This document shows, piece by piece, positions 38,030 to 51,936 of a DNA stretch of 64,000 bases. Origin of the DNA: Chiloscyllium plagiosum (lineage: Eukaryota); contig NC_057728.1 in the NCBI RefSeq assembly GCF_004010195.1, positions 41,644,844 through 41,708,843 on the forward strand. The letters run 5' to 3'. A model generated the notes under the pieces. The model made no database searches and was not told where the DNA came from. It worked only from the letters and a program-made list of their open reading frames with translations. Numbering within the stretch: the stretch's first letter is position 1; the number at the start of each line of letters is the position of its first letter. The position numbers and the translations under genes were made by a program.

Positions 38030-39230
38030 TCACCATTCACATGTACTCAGATTCTGAAGCAGTTCATGTACATATACAGCAAAACCTGGACAACATCCAG
38101 GTCTGGGTTAATAAGTGACTAGTCACATTCATGCCACGCAAATGCCAGATAATGACTATCTCCAACAAGATAGGATCTAGACACTGGTGTTTCATGGCAT
38201 TACCATCACTGCATCCCCCATTATCATTAGTTTGACCAGAAATTGAACTGGGCCAGCTAGATAAATACTGTGGCTACAGTTCACCAGGCGGTCTTCTTCA
38301 ATGCATAACCAACCTCTCAACTGCCCAAAGAGTGTCCACTATCTACAAGGCACAAATCAGAAGTGTGATGGAATACTCTTCAATTGTCTGGATGAAAGTA
38401 TTTCGAACACTCAAAAAGCTCAACAAAATCCAGGACAAAGCAGCCCACATTACTGGCTGCTTACCCATCACCTTAACCATCAGACCTTCAGTGCACAGTG
38501 ACAGCACTGTGGACCATCTACAAGATGCACAAAAGCAACTCAGTTATCGGGATGTACAACACAGAAACAGACCCTTCAGTTCAACTCGTCCATGTTGACC
38601 AGCTATCCCAACCTAACCTAGGCCCACTTGCCAGCACTTGGCCCATATCTTTCTAAACCCTTCAGGACGTGGTGTTCTCATGCAGCTGCTGCCCTTCTAA
38701 ATGCTATTGGTTGAGAGTTTGGAGGGTGCTGTCAAAGAAACCTTGATGATGAGTTTGAGGGACATTCATATTTCGAATGTTGTAATTGTTCCAGCCTCCA
38801 CCACTTCCTCTGGCAGCTTATTCTATACAAGCACCACCCTCTCTATGAAAAAGTTGCCCCTTAGATCCCTTTTAAATCATTCCCCTCTCACCCTAAACCT
38901 GTGCCCTCCAGTTCTGGACTCCCCCACACCAGGGAAAAGACCTATTCAACTCATCATCAAGGTTTCTTTGACAGCAGCCTCCAAACTCTCAACCAATACC
39001 ATTTAGAAGGGCAGCAGCTGCATGAGAACACCACGTCCTGAAGTTCTCCTCAAATCGCCATGCCTCCTCGATATGAAACAATATCACCATTCATTCAGTG
39101 TCACTGGATCAAAATCCTGGAACTCCCAACATTGTGGGAGTGTTTACAATCTTTTCCAATGGCAATTAGGAATGGACAACAAGTGTTGTGCCTAAGCAGC
39201 AACACCCATATCTATGAAAGAATAATGAAA
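38030..39230 (+). mobile_element. LINE-B 3' portion with a nested minus-strand CR1 3' fragment (about 38545-38945)
   Basis: IYKAQIRSVMEYSSIVW...LNKIQDKAA; nested CR1 tail acagacccttc and aagttgccccttagatccc. Confidence 0.8.
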
Positions 39231-41744
39231 GTGACCCACACTCAATCCCCACATTAAACCAAATTCATAGGCACTGCCACCATTGCACACAAACATTCCA
39301 AACAGGAGATTGGATTTATGGTCGATACAATGTTTACTGATTTCAATCATAGCAATAATTAAGAATACAACATTTGGCTTCAATACCCCTGGCTCAGAGA
39401 CATTGCGAATGTCTGAATAGTCAACGTGACTCGTGAATCGAATCAGGACGAACTTTGACGTAGGGTTGGCATTTCCAACTTTGACACGAGCTAGTCATAT
39501 ATGGCAGTGCTTACATAGAAACATAGAAGAAAGGAGCAGGAGGTGGCAATTTGGCCCTTGGAGCCTGCTTCACTATTGGCTGATTGTCCAACTCAATAGC
39601 CTAATCCTGCTTTCTCCCCATAACCTTTGATCCCATTCACCGCAAGTGCCATGTCTAGCTGCCTCTTGAATACATCCAACAAGTAAAATTCAGCAATACT
39701 CGCTGCACTTATCTGGAGAGATAGTCCCCAAACCTAAGTACTGTCAAGCTATACGCTAAGATTTATTTTGCTGAGACATTTTTATAAAGGGACAGTATGT
39801 ACAGACCATATAAGGAACAAATGAACACTCCCGCTATGTGGAATCTGTTGTACTTTGGTTTAAAGTTGCTAATAGTTTTCTGCATGTGCTAGATACATGT
39901 CATCGATAAAACAATGGACAGGCAGAAAGTGAAACAGGGAGCTTTGTACCCTAATTTACTAATTCCAAGATTCAGGTTTTAAACCACACATGCCTGAGAT
40001 TAGGTTAATCTAATCATAGTTTACCTTGCTGTTTCTTTTACTCTTTTCAACTTTAGTCATGCTCTAAATGATGGGTCTCCATCCTCACCTTGGTTTCTCT
40101 TTAATAAAAATCACCACAGGGCTCAGGAGTGTGAAATGAAGTTCATACAAAGGAAAACTGTCTATAATGACCTTAAAGGAAGCATTGTTGTGAAGAATTT
40201 CTGCCCTGCAACCAGGAAATTCCTGATTTAAACAAACCACCCACTCTGCAGCAGGCAACATTGTAATACGATGTGAATTCACCAGCATTTCACTTCAGTT
40301 CTGCTGTTTTTTGAAGAGCTTGGGAGTTGAGAATTTGAAAGTGGTATTCTCTAAATCTTCCAAGTGTTTAGCAGTCCTAAATTCTAAATAAATTGCATAG
40401 TTCTGCAGGTCCTGCTGCAAAACATTTGTACTGCAGTGCTACTACCTCCATCTCATTGAAAGTGATTTTTTTTTGATCCACCTAGAAGTGGTGGTGCCAT
40501 TGATAGCAGTCTAGACACTGCTGCTGTACAGTGAAACTGCCACTTTCTAAAACTAACAACTGTAATTGTCTGAGTGGTTCAACTGCTGAATCTTGTGGAT
40601 TTTATCTGCTTGCTAGCTGCTCACATTTCTACAGGAAAACTTAACAGCAAGAAATAAAATCACAAACTGCAACTTCCAAATATTCTCAGGATTGTGTCAT
40701 TTTCTTCCCTTCATTGCTACGCTATGGAATCTGTTCTGCATTGTAACAAATAGAGCAGATTTCAAAGGATTGAGATCATGAGGTAATACTGTGAAGTCTG
40801 CTTTTCATTGATACCATAAGGGCTAACGTCCCCAAGAGGATGACAATACTGCTTTAAGTGATTTGGAAAATTATATAATGAAATAAATCAAAAGCAACTT
40901 CAACGGATTTCTCCTTCAACCAATTCAAATCAAAGAGAAGCACATTCTTTCTAACACAATATGTATCAAATCCAGATAGTTCAAAGTCTCAGTATTTCCT
41001 ATTTGCAAGTCTGGTTAAAAAGAAAAGGTAATGATACGGGTTCCTAGTGGTTTTTGTCTGCAAAAAATATCTTTCCAATACCTTTAAAATTCAGTTTCAT
41101 TTATTCTTCATTTCAGAAAGTGAAATGAGAATGGGGCTTCATCAAAAGGATCAGCCTCAGTAGCTATTTTTCTTAATTGACAAGACTTGGCTCAATGCTT
41201 AAGGATACATTTTTATCTTTGAGACTGGAGTAGGAAATTTTTCCCATTTCTACTCCATCCTGGTTGTGTCCACCTGCTGTATTTTCATCCAGGGGAGGAG
41301 CACAAATAACAAAGCATGACCTTCAACCATTGGGACAATAGCATAGTTGTTAGAGTGCCTGGCTTTATTCCTTCACCGCACTTACAAACCTAGAAACCAG
41401 GCCTCGTCCACCTCCCTCTCAACACCTCTTAATCTTGTCTAAATAAGCACCAAAGTGTGAGAAAAGTCTCTTCAAATAAATATAAAAACTTATTACAAGA
41501 TCATAAATCTGTAAATTGCTCAACGGTAAAAAGTTATCTTCATAGCTGTGTAAATAATCCCCTACAGAGTTGAACCTTTCTGCCTAATTAAATGGTTAAT
41601 TTATTTGAATGTCAGATTGACTACATATTTATCTCTAGAGTTCTTACTGGCATAGCTATTTGATTGAATTGGATTATGAATGCTTGGCTTAGCTCAACAG
41701 ACTAATTAATCATTACTTTGTTTACTCAGCTAAGTAGAAGACAA

Positions 41745-42174
41745 AGTTAAAAATCACACAACACCAGGTTATAGTCAAACAGGTTTATTTGGAAGCACTA
41801 GCTTTTGGAGCACTGTTCCTTCATCAGGTGGTTGTGAAGTATAAGATCATAAGACACAGAATTTATAGCAAAAGTTTACAGTGTGATGTAACTGAAATTA
41901 TATATTGAAAAAGACCTGGAATGTTTGTTAAGTCTCTTTTTTGTTTTGTGAAGTTAACAAACAATCCAGGTTTTTTTTAAATATAGAATTTCAGTTACAT
42001 CGTACAGTAAACTTTTGCTATAAATTCTGTGTCTTATGATCTTATACTCCACAATCACCTGAAGGGGCAGTGCTCCGAAAGCTGATGCTTCCAAATAAAT
42101 CTGTTGGACTATAACCTGGTGTTGTGAATTTTTAAACTTTGTACACCCCAGTCCAATACCAGCATCTCCAAACC
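41745..42174. mobile_element. Fold-back insertion of a third Penelope-like terminal-repeat family, 13-bp TSD
   Basis: Inverted arms of about 190 bp. TSD aagtagaagacaa (41732-41744) / aagtagtagacaa (42175-42187). Decayed hammerhead motif at 41799-41827 (-). Confidence 0.75.
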
Positions 42175-42689
42175 AAGTAGTAGACAATTAGCATGTTTGA
42201 TTGACATCTTTATGAGGTTTAAATGAATATATCTTTTCAGATTTTTAAAAATGTCTGCAAGTTAAGAAAGATAATACTCATTTGATTGACAGCTTTATGA
42301 ACTCCAACAATAATTGTTCCTTTGAAGCAGTTTTTTAATGCATGTTTATTTTCATAGTTTTACAAACATTTCAAAGTTCTCATTGAATGGACCAGCATTA
42401 TGTAATGAGCACATGCATTTAAGTACTTCACCTGGTGGAAAAAGCATTCTTTTGCATGCAATATTATTGAAAATATGACTCAATCATTTCATTGACCTCC
42501 AGTGTTATTATAGGGCTCATTGATTTGGCCCATCACATGCCTAGAAGAGTACTTCAAAGGCTTAATAGATTCTACTCTTTAAATTAATCTGCAAATGAAA
42601 GTGCAGTGCCCCTGAAGAAACAGTTAAATCATGCATTAGCTTGGTTTGTGCCAAAACTGGGAGAGCTGTCCAACAGACGACTGAAACAA

Positions 42690-43893
42690 CTTCATAGGTT
42701 AGGGACCAGTATTCTGGCAGGCAGGTTTTCTACTGCAACACCGCTACATTTAAACTAAGTAGCGGGGGAGGGTAAAAGCTGGATGTTTAAAAAGGAAATT
42801 GAAGGCAAAGTTGGAACAAGAGAAGTCAAGAAAGACAACTGTATTAATGAGGCAGAAAACTCGGAAAGGCATCAGAAGTCATGAAAGACAACTGTATCAA
42901 TGAGGCAGAAAACTCAAAAAGGGATCATGCTGTCAGGTTGAGTGAACTAGGAGTTGATGGGAAGGATGAGGGCAGTAACAAATTAAAAATTCTATACATG
43001 AATGCACGAAGCATTAGAAATAAGATGNNNNNNNNNNNNNNNNNNNNNNNNNNNNNNNNNNNNNNNNNNNNNNNNNNNNNNNNNNNNNNNNNNNNNNNNN
43101 NNNNNNNNNNNNNNNNNAGGGTAAAAAGACCCTCTTGGGAGTTATCTACAGGCCCCCAAACAGTAGTCTAGATGTCGGATGGAAGTTGAATCGGGAGCTG
43201 AAATTGGCCTGTCACAAAGATGTTACTGCAGTTGTTAAGGGGGATTTCAACATGCAGGTAGACTGGGAGAATCAGGATGGTATTGGACCTCAAGAAAGAG
43301 ACTTTGTGGAGGGCCTCTGAGATGGATTCTTAGAGCAGCTGGTGCTGGAGCCTACCAGGGAGAAGGCAATTCTGGATCTGGTATTGTGCATCGAACCAGA
43401 ATTGATCAGAGACCTCGAAGTGAAAGAGCCATTGGGACATAGTGACCATAATACAATAAGCTTCAATCTGCAATTTGAGAGAGAGAGAGTACAATCGCAA
43501 GTGACAATATTTCTGTTGAATAAAGGGAACTATGGGGCTATGAGGGGGGAGCTGGCCAAAGTTCAATGGTGCAATACCTTAGCAGGGATGACAGTGGAGG
43601 AACAATGGCGGATATTTCTATATATAAATGCAGAAGATGCAAGATCAGTTCATTCCAAAAAGGAAGAAAGATCCTAGGAGGAGGCACGGGTGATCGTGGC
43701 TGAAGAGGGAAGTTAAGGAACATATAAAGTTAAAAGATAAAAAGTATAACATAGCAAAGATAAGTGGGAAAACGGAGGACTGGGAGGCTTTTAAAGAACA
43801 ACAGAGGATTACTAAGAAGGAAATTCATAGAAAAAAATGAGGTACAAAGGTAAACTGGCCAAAAATATAAAGGAGGATAGTAAAAGCTTTTTT
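42690..43893 (+). mobile_element. CR1 LINE 5' ORF2 region (AP endonuclease), spans an N gap
   Basis: LYMNARSIRNK, GVIYRPPNS, GDFN, EPTREKAILDLVL, LGHSDHN. Internal tandem duplication of about 53 bp at 42821-42926. Confidence 0.92.
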
Positions 43894-44192
43894 CCGAGGG
43901 ATGAGCCATAAACTAATCTCACAATTAATAACAGGGCAATTCCAAGCTACTAATTCAAACATACTGGAGCCTTAATGCAAAACCACTTCCCAGAACGTGC
44001 TTAAAAGAGAGAAAGAAAGAACATAATATGAATGGGCGAAAAGAAGTGAATTTAACCAATCACAGTCAAGATTAGATTACCTTTCCCTTCCGATTTCTTC
44101 AGGACGGAAATGAATGAAATGGGAGAAATTTAACAACATATGACATCGAAATTCTTTTGAATTATGTTCCCATTCGCCAGAAAACCAAATAA

Positions 44193-44654
44193 CGACGAGG
44201 TGAGTCACTGCAGGATTTTATTTCACAACAGCGATGAAGTAACAGTCTCCATTCGGTTCCAGTACAAGCTCAACTTGCCTGGAACATAGAACAGCAGTAG
44301 AGCTGCTTGCGGTTTTTCGTGCTGGAAGCGAGTACTACCATGACACCACAGACACTTTGGGACAATCTGCACTCTCCCACACCACAGTTAACTCTCAAGA
44401 ATCGTACCCAATTTGTTAAAACCTCAACTTTCCTGGGACATAAAGCCGCTTGAACCCGAGATTTACCGTGTGGGAGGCGAACACGATCATGACAAGATGG
44501 ACACTGACCCCCGTCTCCATAAAGCAAACACCCAGTCTTGCTTTTTATTTGAACACGCCGCAGCCACAGATATTGCTGTGGGGGGATTCGAGCCTAAGCT
44601 TCTTAAGTAATTGAGTTCTGAAGCAGGCGCCTCCGGCTCCTTGGCTACCCTTCA
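44193..44654 (-). pseudogene. Cluster of degenerate tRNA pseudogenes (Ser-like?, Val-like x2, Leu-like)
   Basis: 44573-44654 aligns without gaps to a vertebrate tRNA-Leu recalled from memory (about 51/82 by hand). 44437-44504 and 44285-44355 resemble tRNA-Val. 44193-44275 weakly resembles tRNA-Ser. Confidence 0.6.
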
Positions 44655-44934
44655 TCGGGCTGATTCGGTTCGAATAGTGAAATTTCCTGTGTCTGATCCG
44701 CAGGACACCCTGCAGGATTTTCAGACAGCGCCATCCCTACTGTGACATGTCCGTGTTTGATAATATTCTGCGATGTAGATGTGTCCCGGCTTTGCCAATA
44801 CCACCGTTGTTTAACTCCCTACATCCTGTTGGTCGAACTGTGATTCCAGTCAGAATCACAAATATGTAACAAAAAACCTTAGCTGTGCTGGTTCTCTACA
44901 GAGATAAATGTGCTTCTCTATTCGTATAGAGAAA

Positions 44935-45200
44935 ACACCCCATTTAGGACAGAGATGAGGAGAAACTTCTTCACCCAGAGAGTGGTGGCTGTGTGGAATG
45001 CTCTGCCACAGGGGGCAGCGGAGGCCCACACTCTGGATTCATTTAAGAAGGAGTTGGATAGAGCTCTCAAAGATAGTGGAATCAAGGGTTATGGAGATAA
45101 GGCAGGAACAGGATACTGATTAGGAATGATCAGCCATGATTATATTGAATGGCGATGCAGGCTCGAAGGGCTCAATGGCCTACTCCTGCACCTATTGTCA
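44935..45200 (+). mobile_element. CR1 LINE 3' end
   Basis: FRTEMRRNFFTQRVVAVWNALP...FKKELD; tail ggcctactcctgcacctattg. Confidence 0.92.
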
Positions 45201-46680
45201 TGACATTGTCTATAAAGTTAGACAGAGTATGTCTGTGTCCCAGGTATGACCAGCATCATCCATGGTGTAGGTCCCATTCTACCACCAGGGCAGATCACAG
45301 GAGGTAAGACAGTTCTGAGGGAATTGCCCGAGAAGTCCTCAAAATTGATTCTAGACCACTTTACATCTGAAAGCCTGGTGAAATGACAACTTATGACACA
45401 AAATATGCGAAACAGGGAAAGCATCTACCAGTTTTAATTGTTCCCATAGTCAAACGATCAGATATAAACTCTGCAGTCCTGCCACATTCAGTCATGAATG
45501 TTGGTGGACCATTAAACAACAACTTCGGAGGTGGAGGCACAAGAAATATCGCCAATGGTGGGGGAGCCCAGAACATCAGTGCAATAGATACAACTGAAAT
45601 ACTTGCATCCATCTTCAGCCAGAAGTGCCAGCTGTATAATTGATCTCAGCTTCTCCCTGACATCCTCTACATCACAGATGCCAGTCTTCAGCCAATTAGA
45701 TTTGCTCCATGTCATATCAGAAGTAAAGGTGACCCTGGTTACTGCAAAAGATATGGATTCAGACATTCTTGGAACAGTACTGAAAACTTATGCCCTCAAA
45801 ACTAGCCACATGACTATCCAAGCTACTCGAGTATAGTCATATTGGCGTCTTCCTGACAATGTGCAAAATGGTCCAGGTATGTCCTGTGCACAGAAAGCAA
45901 GATAATTCAACCACTAGTTACCACCCTTGCAGTTTACTCTCAAAGTGAAGCTGGGGTTTGTCAAATATGACATCAACCATTTGGAAAGAGATAACTTGCT
46001 CACTGCTGCTGTTTGGTTGCCTCGTCTCCTACCCCCATTATAGTCTTTCTCCAAACATGGACAAAGGAGCTTGACTCCAGAGTTGCAGTGAGCGTGACTA
46101 GCCTTGATATCAAGGCCACATTTGACCAAATGTGGCATTACGAAGCCTTAACAAAACTGGACGCGATGGCAACTTACTCTCCGTGGTTGGAGTCATACTT
46201 AGTGCAAACGAAGATTATTGTTGCTCCTAGAGGTCAATCACAGCTGCAAAACTTCACTGCAAGAGTTCCCAGGCCTAATTATTTTCAGTAGCTTCCCCAT
46301 GACCTTCCCTCATGGTCAGGTCAGATGTTCACTGATGATTGCTCAGCATAGAGAATGGTTTGTGAATTCCCAAATACTGAAACAGTCCTTGCCCATATGC
46401 AGCAAAACCCATATGCAGACATATCCAGGGCTGGGCTGAAAAGTGACAAGGAATATTTATAGCACACAAGTGCCTGACAATGATCATCTCCAATGAGAAA
46501 ACTAAACTATGCATCATTATCGCTGAAGTCCCTATCAACATCCTGCAGGTTAATTATCAGAGTAGAAACTGAAATAAATCAACCATATAAATGTTATGGC
46601 CACAAGAGCAGGTCAGAGACTGGGCATCCTATAGCAAATAGCTTACTTTGAGCTCCACAAAACCTGTTTCCATTTTCTAT
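45200..46680 (+). mobile_element. LINE-B ORF2 fragment
   Basis: QTWTKELDSRVAVSVTSLDIKATFDQMWH; gcatccatcttcagccagaagtgcc. Confidence 0.8.
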
Positions 46681-47294
46681 GAGGCACAATTTAGCAGTGG
46701 ATGAGGGAAATATCATGCTGGAATCAGGACCCACAAAAAACCTGGGCATTTTCCCAAAATCAAATTCATAAGGGCTTTTGCCGATTGCACCCATTTGCAG
46801 AGCTTTGAGGAGAGTCTTCAATTATATGAATGTTCTTTTGACACAAAAACATTAATATACAATATTTTAAAGTTTTTAAATATTAAATACTTGATTTACT
46901 AAGAAGTAGGCAAGTGTACACCAATGAAATTACTGAGCAACTGCACCATATTTTTGCTTCACTAATGTAGTAAAATGTCTCAAGCCCCAGAAGCATTATT
47001 AAGATAGATTTTATATGGGTCAAATAATGGGTCATTAGGACAGGTCACCAAAAGATTGGTCAGAAAGGTCAAGGTCAAGAAGCATCTTAAACAAAGGAGG
47101 AAAGAAGGAAACATAAGAGCTGTAGAGAGAAACTTCCAGAGCTTCAGGCATATCCAGCAGTAGACAAGGGTGCCCAACAGTAGAGCAATTTAAATCAGGA
47201 ATACTCAGGATGCCAGAATTGCAGAAGCACAGACATTGCACAGTATTGAATAGGAAAGAGATTGAAGAAAGCAGTCCTGCTTACATCACCTCTG

Positions 47295-47640
47295 GTGGTG
47301 TACTGGGAAAGCCACTGGGACTAGTAATCCAGTGGCTCAGGTTAATGCCCGAGTAGCATTGGTTGAAATCCCACTGCAGTGCATGTGGTGTTTAATTTCA
47401 ATTAATAAAAAGGTCCGGAAGTGAAATTTACTCTTAGTAATGATGGGCATGAATCTATCATCGATTGTTCTAACAATCTATCTGCTTCATTAATGGCCTG
47501 ACATACAGTCCAGATCAGATGTGGATGTAACTCCTTATCTACAGCAATTTGAATGATTCTTAACCACCCTCGGAAACGGCCTAGCAAGCCGTTCAGTTCA
47601 ATGACAATTAGAGTCCGGTAACAAATACTGACAAGATCAG
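47295..47640 (+). mobile_element. Old tRNA-derived SINE with a LINE-B-like tail
   Basis: Head gggactagtaatccag...ggttgaaatccca; tail ggcctagcaagccgttcagttcaatgacaattag. Confidence 0.55.
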
Positions 47641-49689
47641 CCAAAAAAATACAATCATGTTCAAGCCATGGACCGGTCCTCTCTAGTGGCAACATGTGCC
47701 ACCTGGATGAAGCTTCAGAAGTTCTACTTTTTAAAATTCCTTCCCAGCTCCGGAACATCTGACTGTCACAGCTCAATATCTGCTCTCTTTTTGTCATGGA
47801 TATTGACACGGGTCACTGTTTCTGGCTCACTCTCTTCCCCCACCAGACTCTATATCCTCTGTGATTTCCTTTACCTTTATACAAGGGAGACTACACAACA
47901 AAGAAAACTCACTATGGTACTTATACACAAACGGCTGTCTGTTCTCCCAAACTATGCAATCTCCAATAACAACTGCATTTCTAAGAGGTTAATGTTCCTA
48001 CATTATGTTGTAGCACATTGTTTCACTTATAGATCAAATTAACATTTTGGCTTGTGGTTTGTGATGTATTAATTTAGCAGATGGGAGCAATACATTTCAG
48101 AGATCAGTTTAAGGCTGGGGTTCAAAGCTGTGCATCTTTGGTGCATGTGAACAGTTTAACTCACAGCATAACAAAAATTACTTCGGTTCCTCAGGGCTCC
48201 CAAACAGGATCTCTGAAGCCCATACCAGAATTTAATGCTACCACCTTCTTGTCCATTGCTCTTTGCCCTCATGGGATGGCCAAAGCCCTCAGACAGTGCT
48301 TAATGCTCCACTCTTTTTACACCTGAGCCAATACCTCCACATACCAGTGAAACAAGGTGAAAGCTTGGGAAAGTACAAGACCTATTATTCCATGTCAACA
48401 TTCCATCTCACCGCTCACCAGGGCCCCTCACCCACCTACATTTCCCAAGCAGAAAATCCTTTTTGTTCTTATCAGTTCAAACAAGAACAATGAATTCCTC
48501 AAGCCTACAGGAATGTGACAAGGTGACAGCAAAGCCAACAGGCAAGGTGATATATGGTCTATTTGCTGCAGCCAAATAAGTAGTTTCACAAATGAGTGCT
48601 GCAAGGAATGGAGTTGGGCAAATAGAAAATAATTTTTGGCTCTGTGTCAGAAATTTTCACGTTCCAGTCCCCAGTGGAAAATGATGTTTAAAGGTGGTGT
48701 TGCCTGGCCTCCAATCTTGAACTGTGATAAAGCAAAATCTGCATAGGCTTTGACAATAATCATCACTTTGATTTCTTCAGACCTTCCAATAATCATTAGA
48801 TTTTAAAGTGAGTGGGCTACCATCTTTGACAGAGCTGTAAGTGTTTGAAGTAGGAATTACTTTAAGCAGTGATAATGGATTTTAACTTGGAGCTTAGACT
48901 GTTATTCCGCAGTATTTAAGTTATGGTTTCTATGAAAAACTTTAAAAATAGTAGCTTTTGAAGGTAGTTCTGAATATCTATATATGGAAACACTGACATA
49001 AACAAATAACCATGCTTTTGAAAAGTGGACCATTTTCCCAAAGCTTTGTGAATGGTGTTTGAGGATTAAGGTATGTGCATTGCATAAAACAGACACTACT
49101 GATTACCTATTACATATTCTGCACCAATTAAAGTTTATTTCTAAGTTGGTGCAAAGGAAATTTCAATGACAGTCATAACAGGCAATCAGATATTGCCTAC
49201 TTTACAGGCAAAAGTTCACTTGAATGGTGGAATTTCCCACACTGTCACCTGAAGAGTCAGCAGAGCTGCTAGTGTGGCAGCAGTGGCGAGGAATTGGAAA
49301 TACAAGCTGTCCCCATATTCTAAGTCCCAGAACCAAGGGTAGGAAAGAAAGGGTTGGGGTCTTGATGGTGAAGCTAGAACAGATTGGGTGCTCAACACAA
49401 AGGGCACACTTGAATCATGCCCCTGCCCCTCTGTCCTGTTTGAGGCCCGGACAGAGTGACCTGTCAGGCTTTGCTCCTGTCCCTGAACTCCTCTTACAAG
49501 CCACAAGATTGAGGCCAGACAGGAAGTGACTCTTTAGTGGTCAATTAAGGGCCTCAATTCCTGTAAGGCTAGATGGGACACCTTAGGCTTTGCTCACATC
49601 CTATAAAATTTCGGACAGTGAAAAGATTGCAAATAAAATTTGTATGGTCCTTGCCCCTCAAATCCACCAGTAGAGACTGCAATGTTTTG

Positions 49690-50397
49690 ACCTGGGAGTG
49701 CAGGCTCATAGCTCCTTAAAAGTGGAGTCGCAGGTAGACAGGATAGTAAAGGCGGCGTTTGGTGTGCTTTCCTTTATTGGTCAGAGTATTGCGTACAGGA
49801 GTTGGGAGGTCATGTTACGGCTGTACAGGACATTGGTTAGGCCACTGTTGGAATAGTGTGTGCAATTCCGGTCCCCTTCCTATCGGAAAGATGTTGTGAA
49901 ACTTGAAAGGGTTCAGAAAAGATTTACAAGGATGTTGCCAGGGTTGGAGGATTTGAGCTATAGGGAGAGGCTGAACAGGCTGGGGCTGTTTTCCCTGGAG
50001 CTTTGGAGGCTGAGGGGTGACTTTATAGTGGTTTACAAAATTATGAGGGGCATGGATAGGATAAATAGACAGTCTCTTCCTTGGGGTGGGGGGGAGTCCA
50101 GAACTAGAGAGCATAGGTTTAAGGTGAGAGGGGAAAGGTATAAAAGAGATCTAAGGGGTAACTTTTTCCACGCAGAAGGTGGTACGTGTATGGAATGAGC
50201 TGCCAGAGGAACTGGTGGCGGCTGGTACAATTGCAACATTTAAAAGGCACCTGGAAGGCTATATGAATAGGATGGATTTGAAGGGATATGGGCTGGGTGC
50301 TGGCAAGTGGGACCAGATTGAGTTGGGATATCTGGTCAGCATGGACAAGATGGACTGAAGGATCTGTTTCCGTGCTGCACATCTTTTTGACTCTGAC
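49690..50397 (+). mobile_element. Young HER1/CR1 3' fragment
   Basis: KLERVQKRFTRMLPGLEDLSYRERLNRLGLFSLE and 3' tail. Confidence 0.95.
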
Positions 50398-51316
50398 TGA
50401 AAGTTAGATTATCCTGAGTTGTCACATGAAAGGCTATGAAGTATGCGAGGTAACTGGGCTTAGACAGCAGATAGAATATAGTCTGTTTTAAAGTCAAATA
50501 TTCGGTCTTCATTTTATGACTATCTCCCAAAACATGCAGCAATATGAGAAGTAGAGCTTTTCTGGAACATAAGGGGTTCTCTGTCGTAAAAACTGGAAGT
50601 TGAAAACGAGGCACTACAATGCCACCACAGGCAGAAGACTGGAATTACGCGATGAGAAGTTTACCTGTAGACAGTTTCCATTCTAAATGCAGACATTGGA
50701 ATGTAAAAGTTAACAGAGGAAATATACACAGACATAACAGTTTTGACATACCGTAGAAAGAAATAGTTATCAGAAGATACGTAGCTCTCCATCTATGAAA
50801 TGTACTCCATGTGAAGAAAAAAAACTGTTTCAAGCATTGATAGCATTAAACATGGACTTTTTTAAAAACATGGTTATGGTAGGTAACGTCAGGGAAGTTA
50901 ATGCAAAGAAGTGGTCCATCTTTCTGCTGATTTGATCTATATTTAATATCAAAGGAAAGTGCAACTTGTCTCATTTTTGACATACTGACATTACTTCTCC
51001 CAGGCAGAGGACAAATAGCTGAACAATAAAACTGCTTCTTAACATACACAACGCTGTTCTTAGAATAACACATGGAAAAAAACTCTTATCACATACTGTT
51101 GTTAGGATTTCTCATATCTTTCTCCATTCCCATTTTGCTTTCTGGTGATCTTAATATGGCATCAGATTTGTAATGTCTTGATAATTACCGTGAGAGGAGG
51201 CACGTCAAAGCCAACAAATGCATTTTATACATCAAACCCCAAATCAATCAGACACCCCATTCTAACCATCAAGACATCTATAGAAGAGGAAGGGCTACAT
51301 ACAACTTAAGGACTTT

Positions 51317-51936
51317 AGATGTAAGTTTGCTCACTGAAGGTTTGCTTTCAGACATTTTGTCACCATACTAGGTATCATAATCAGTAAGCCTCTGGTGAAA
51401 CGCTGGCATTATGTCCCGCTTTCTATTTGTATTTAGGTTTCTTTGGGCTGGTGATGTCATTTTCTGTGATGATGACATTTCATGTGTTGGTGATGTCATT
51501 TCCTGTTCCTTTTTCTCAGGGGGTGGTAAACGGTGTCCAAATCAATGTGTTTGTTGATAAGAGTTTTGGTTGAAATGCCATGTTTCTAGGAATTCTCGTG
51601 CATGTCTGTATTTGGCTTGTACTAGGATGGATGTGTTGTCCCAGTCAAAGGGGTGTACCTCCTCGTCTGTATGTAAGGATACTAGTGATAGTGGGTCATG
51701 TCTTTTTGTGGCTAGTTGATGGCTAGTAAATGACATTACCACAGGAAATGACATCAGCAGCCCAAGGAAACCTAAACACATATATAGAAAGGGGGACATA
51801 ACACCAGCGCTTCACCGGAGCCTTACAGATGATGTTATCGTGCATGGTGACGAACATCTGAAAATGAACCTTCCAGCTCAGCGAGCAAACTTACATCCAG
51901 AACCTCAACCTGAGCTAAACATCTTCTCAAAACTCG
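51317..51936. mobile_element. Penelope-like element (second family) with inverted ends
   Basis: ORF 51542-51799 (-) ATKRHDPLSLVSLHTD...FDWDNTSIL...HAREFLETWH; TSD-like ttaaggacttt / ttatggacttt. Confidence 0.88.

Noticed and set aside
40085..40288. Minus-strand ORF ending at a good donor site (aag|gtgagg)
   Set aside because: No recognisable protein family, a weak acceptor and no partner exons found. Left uncalled.
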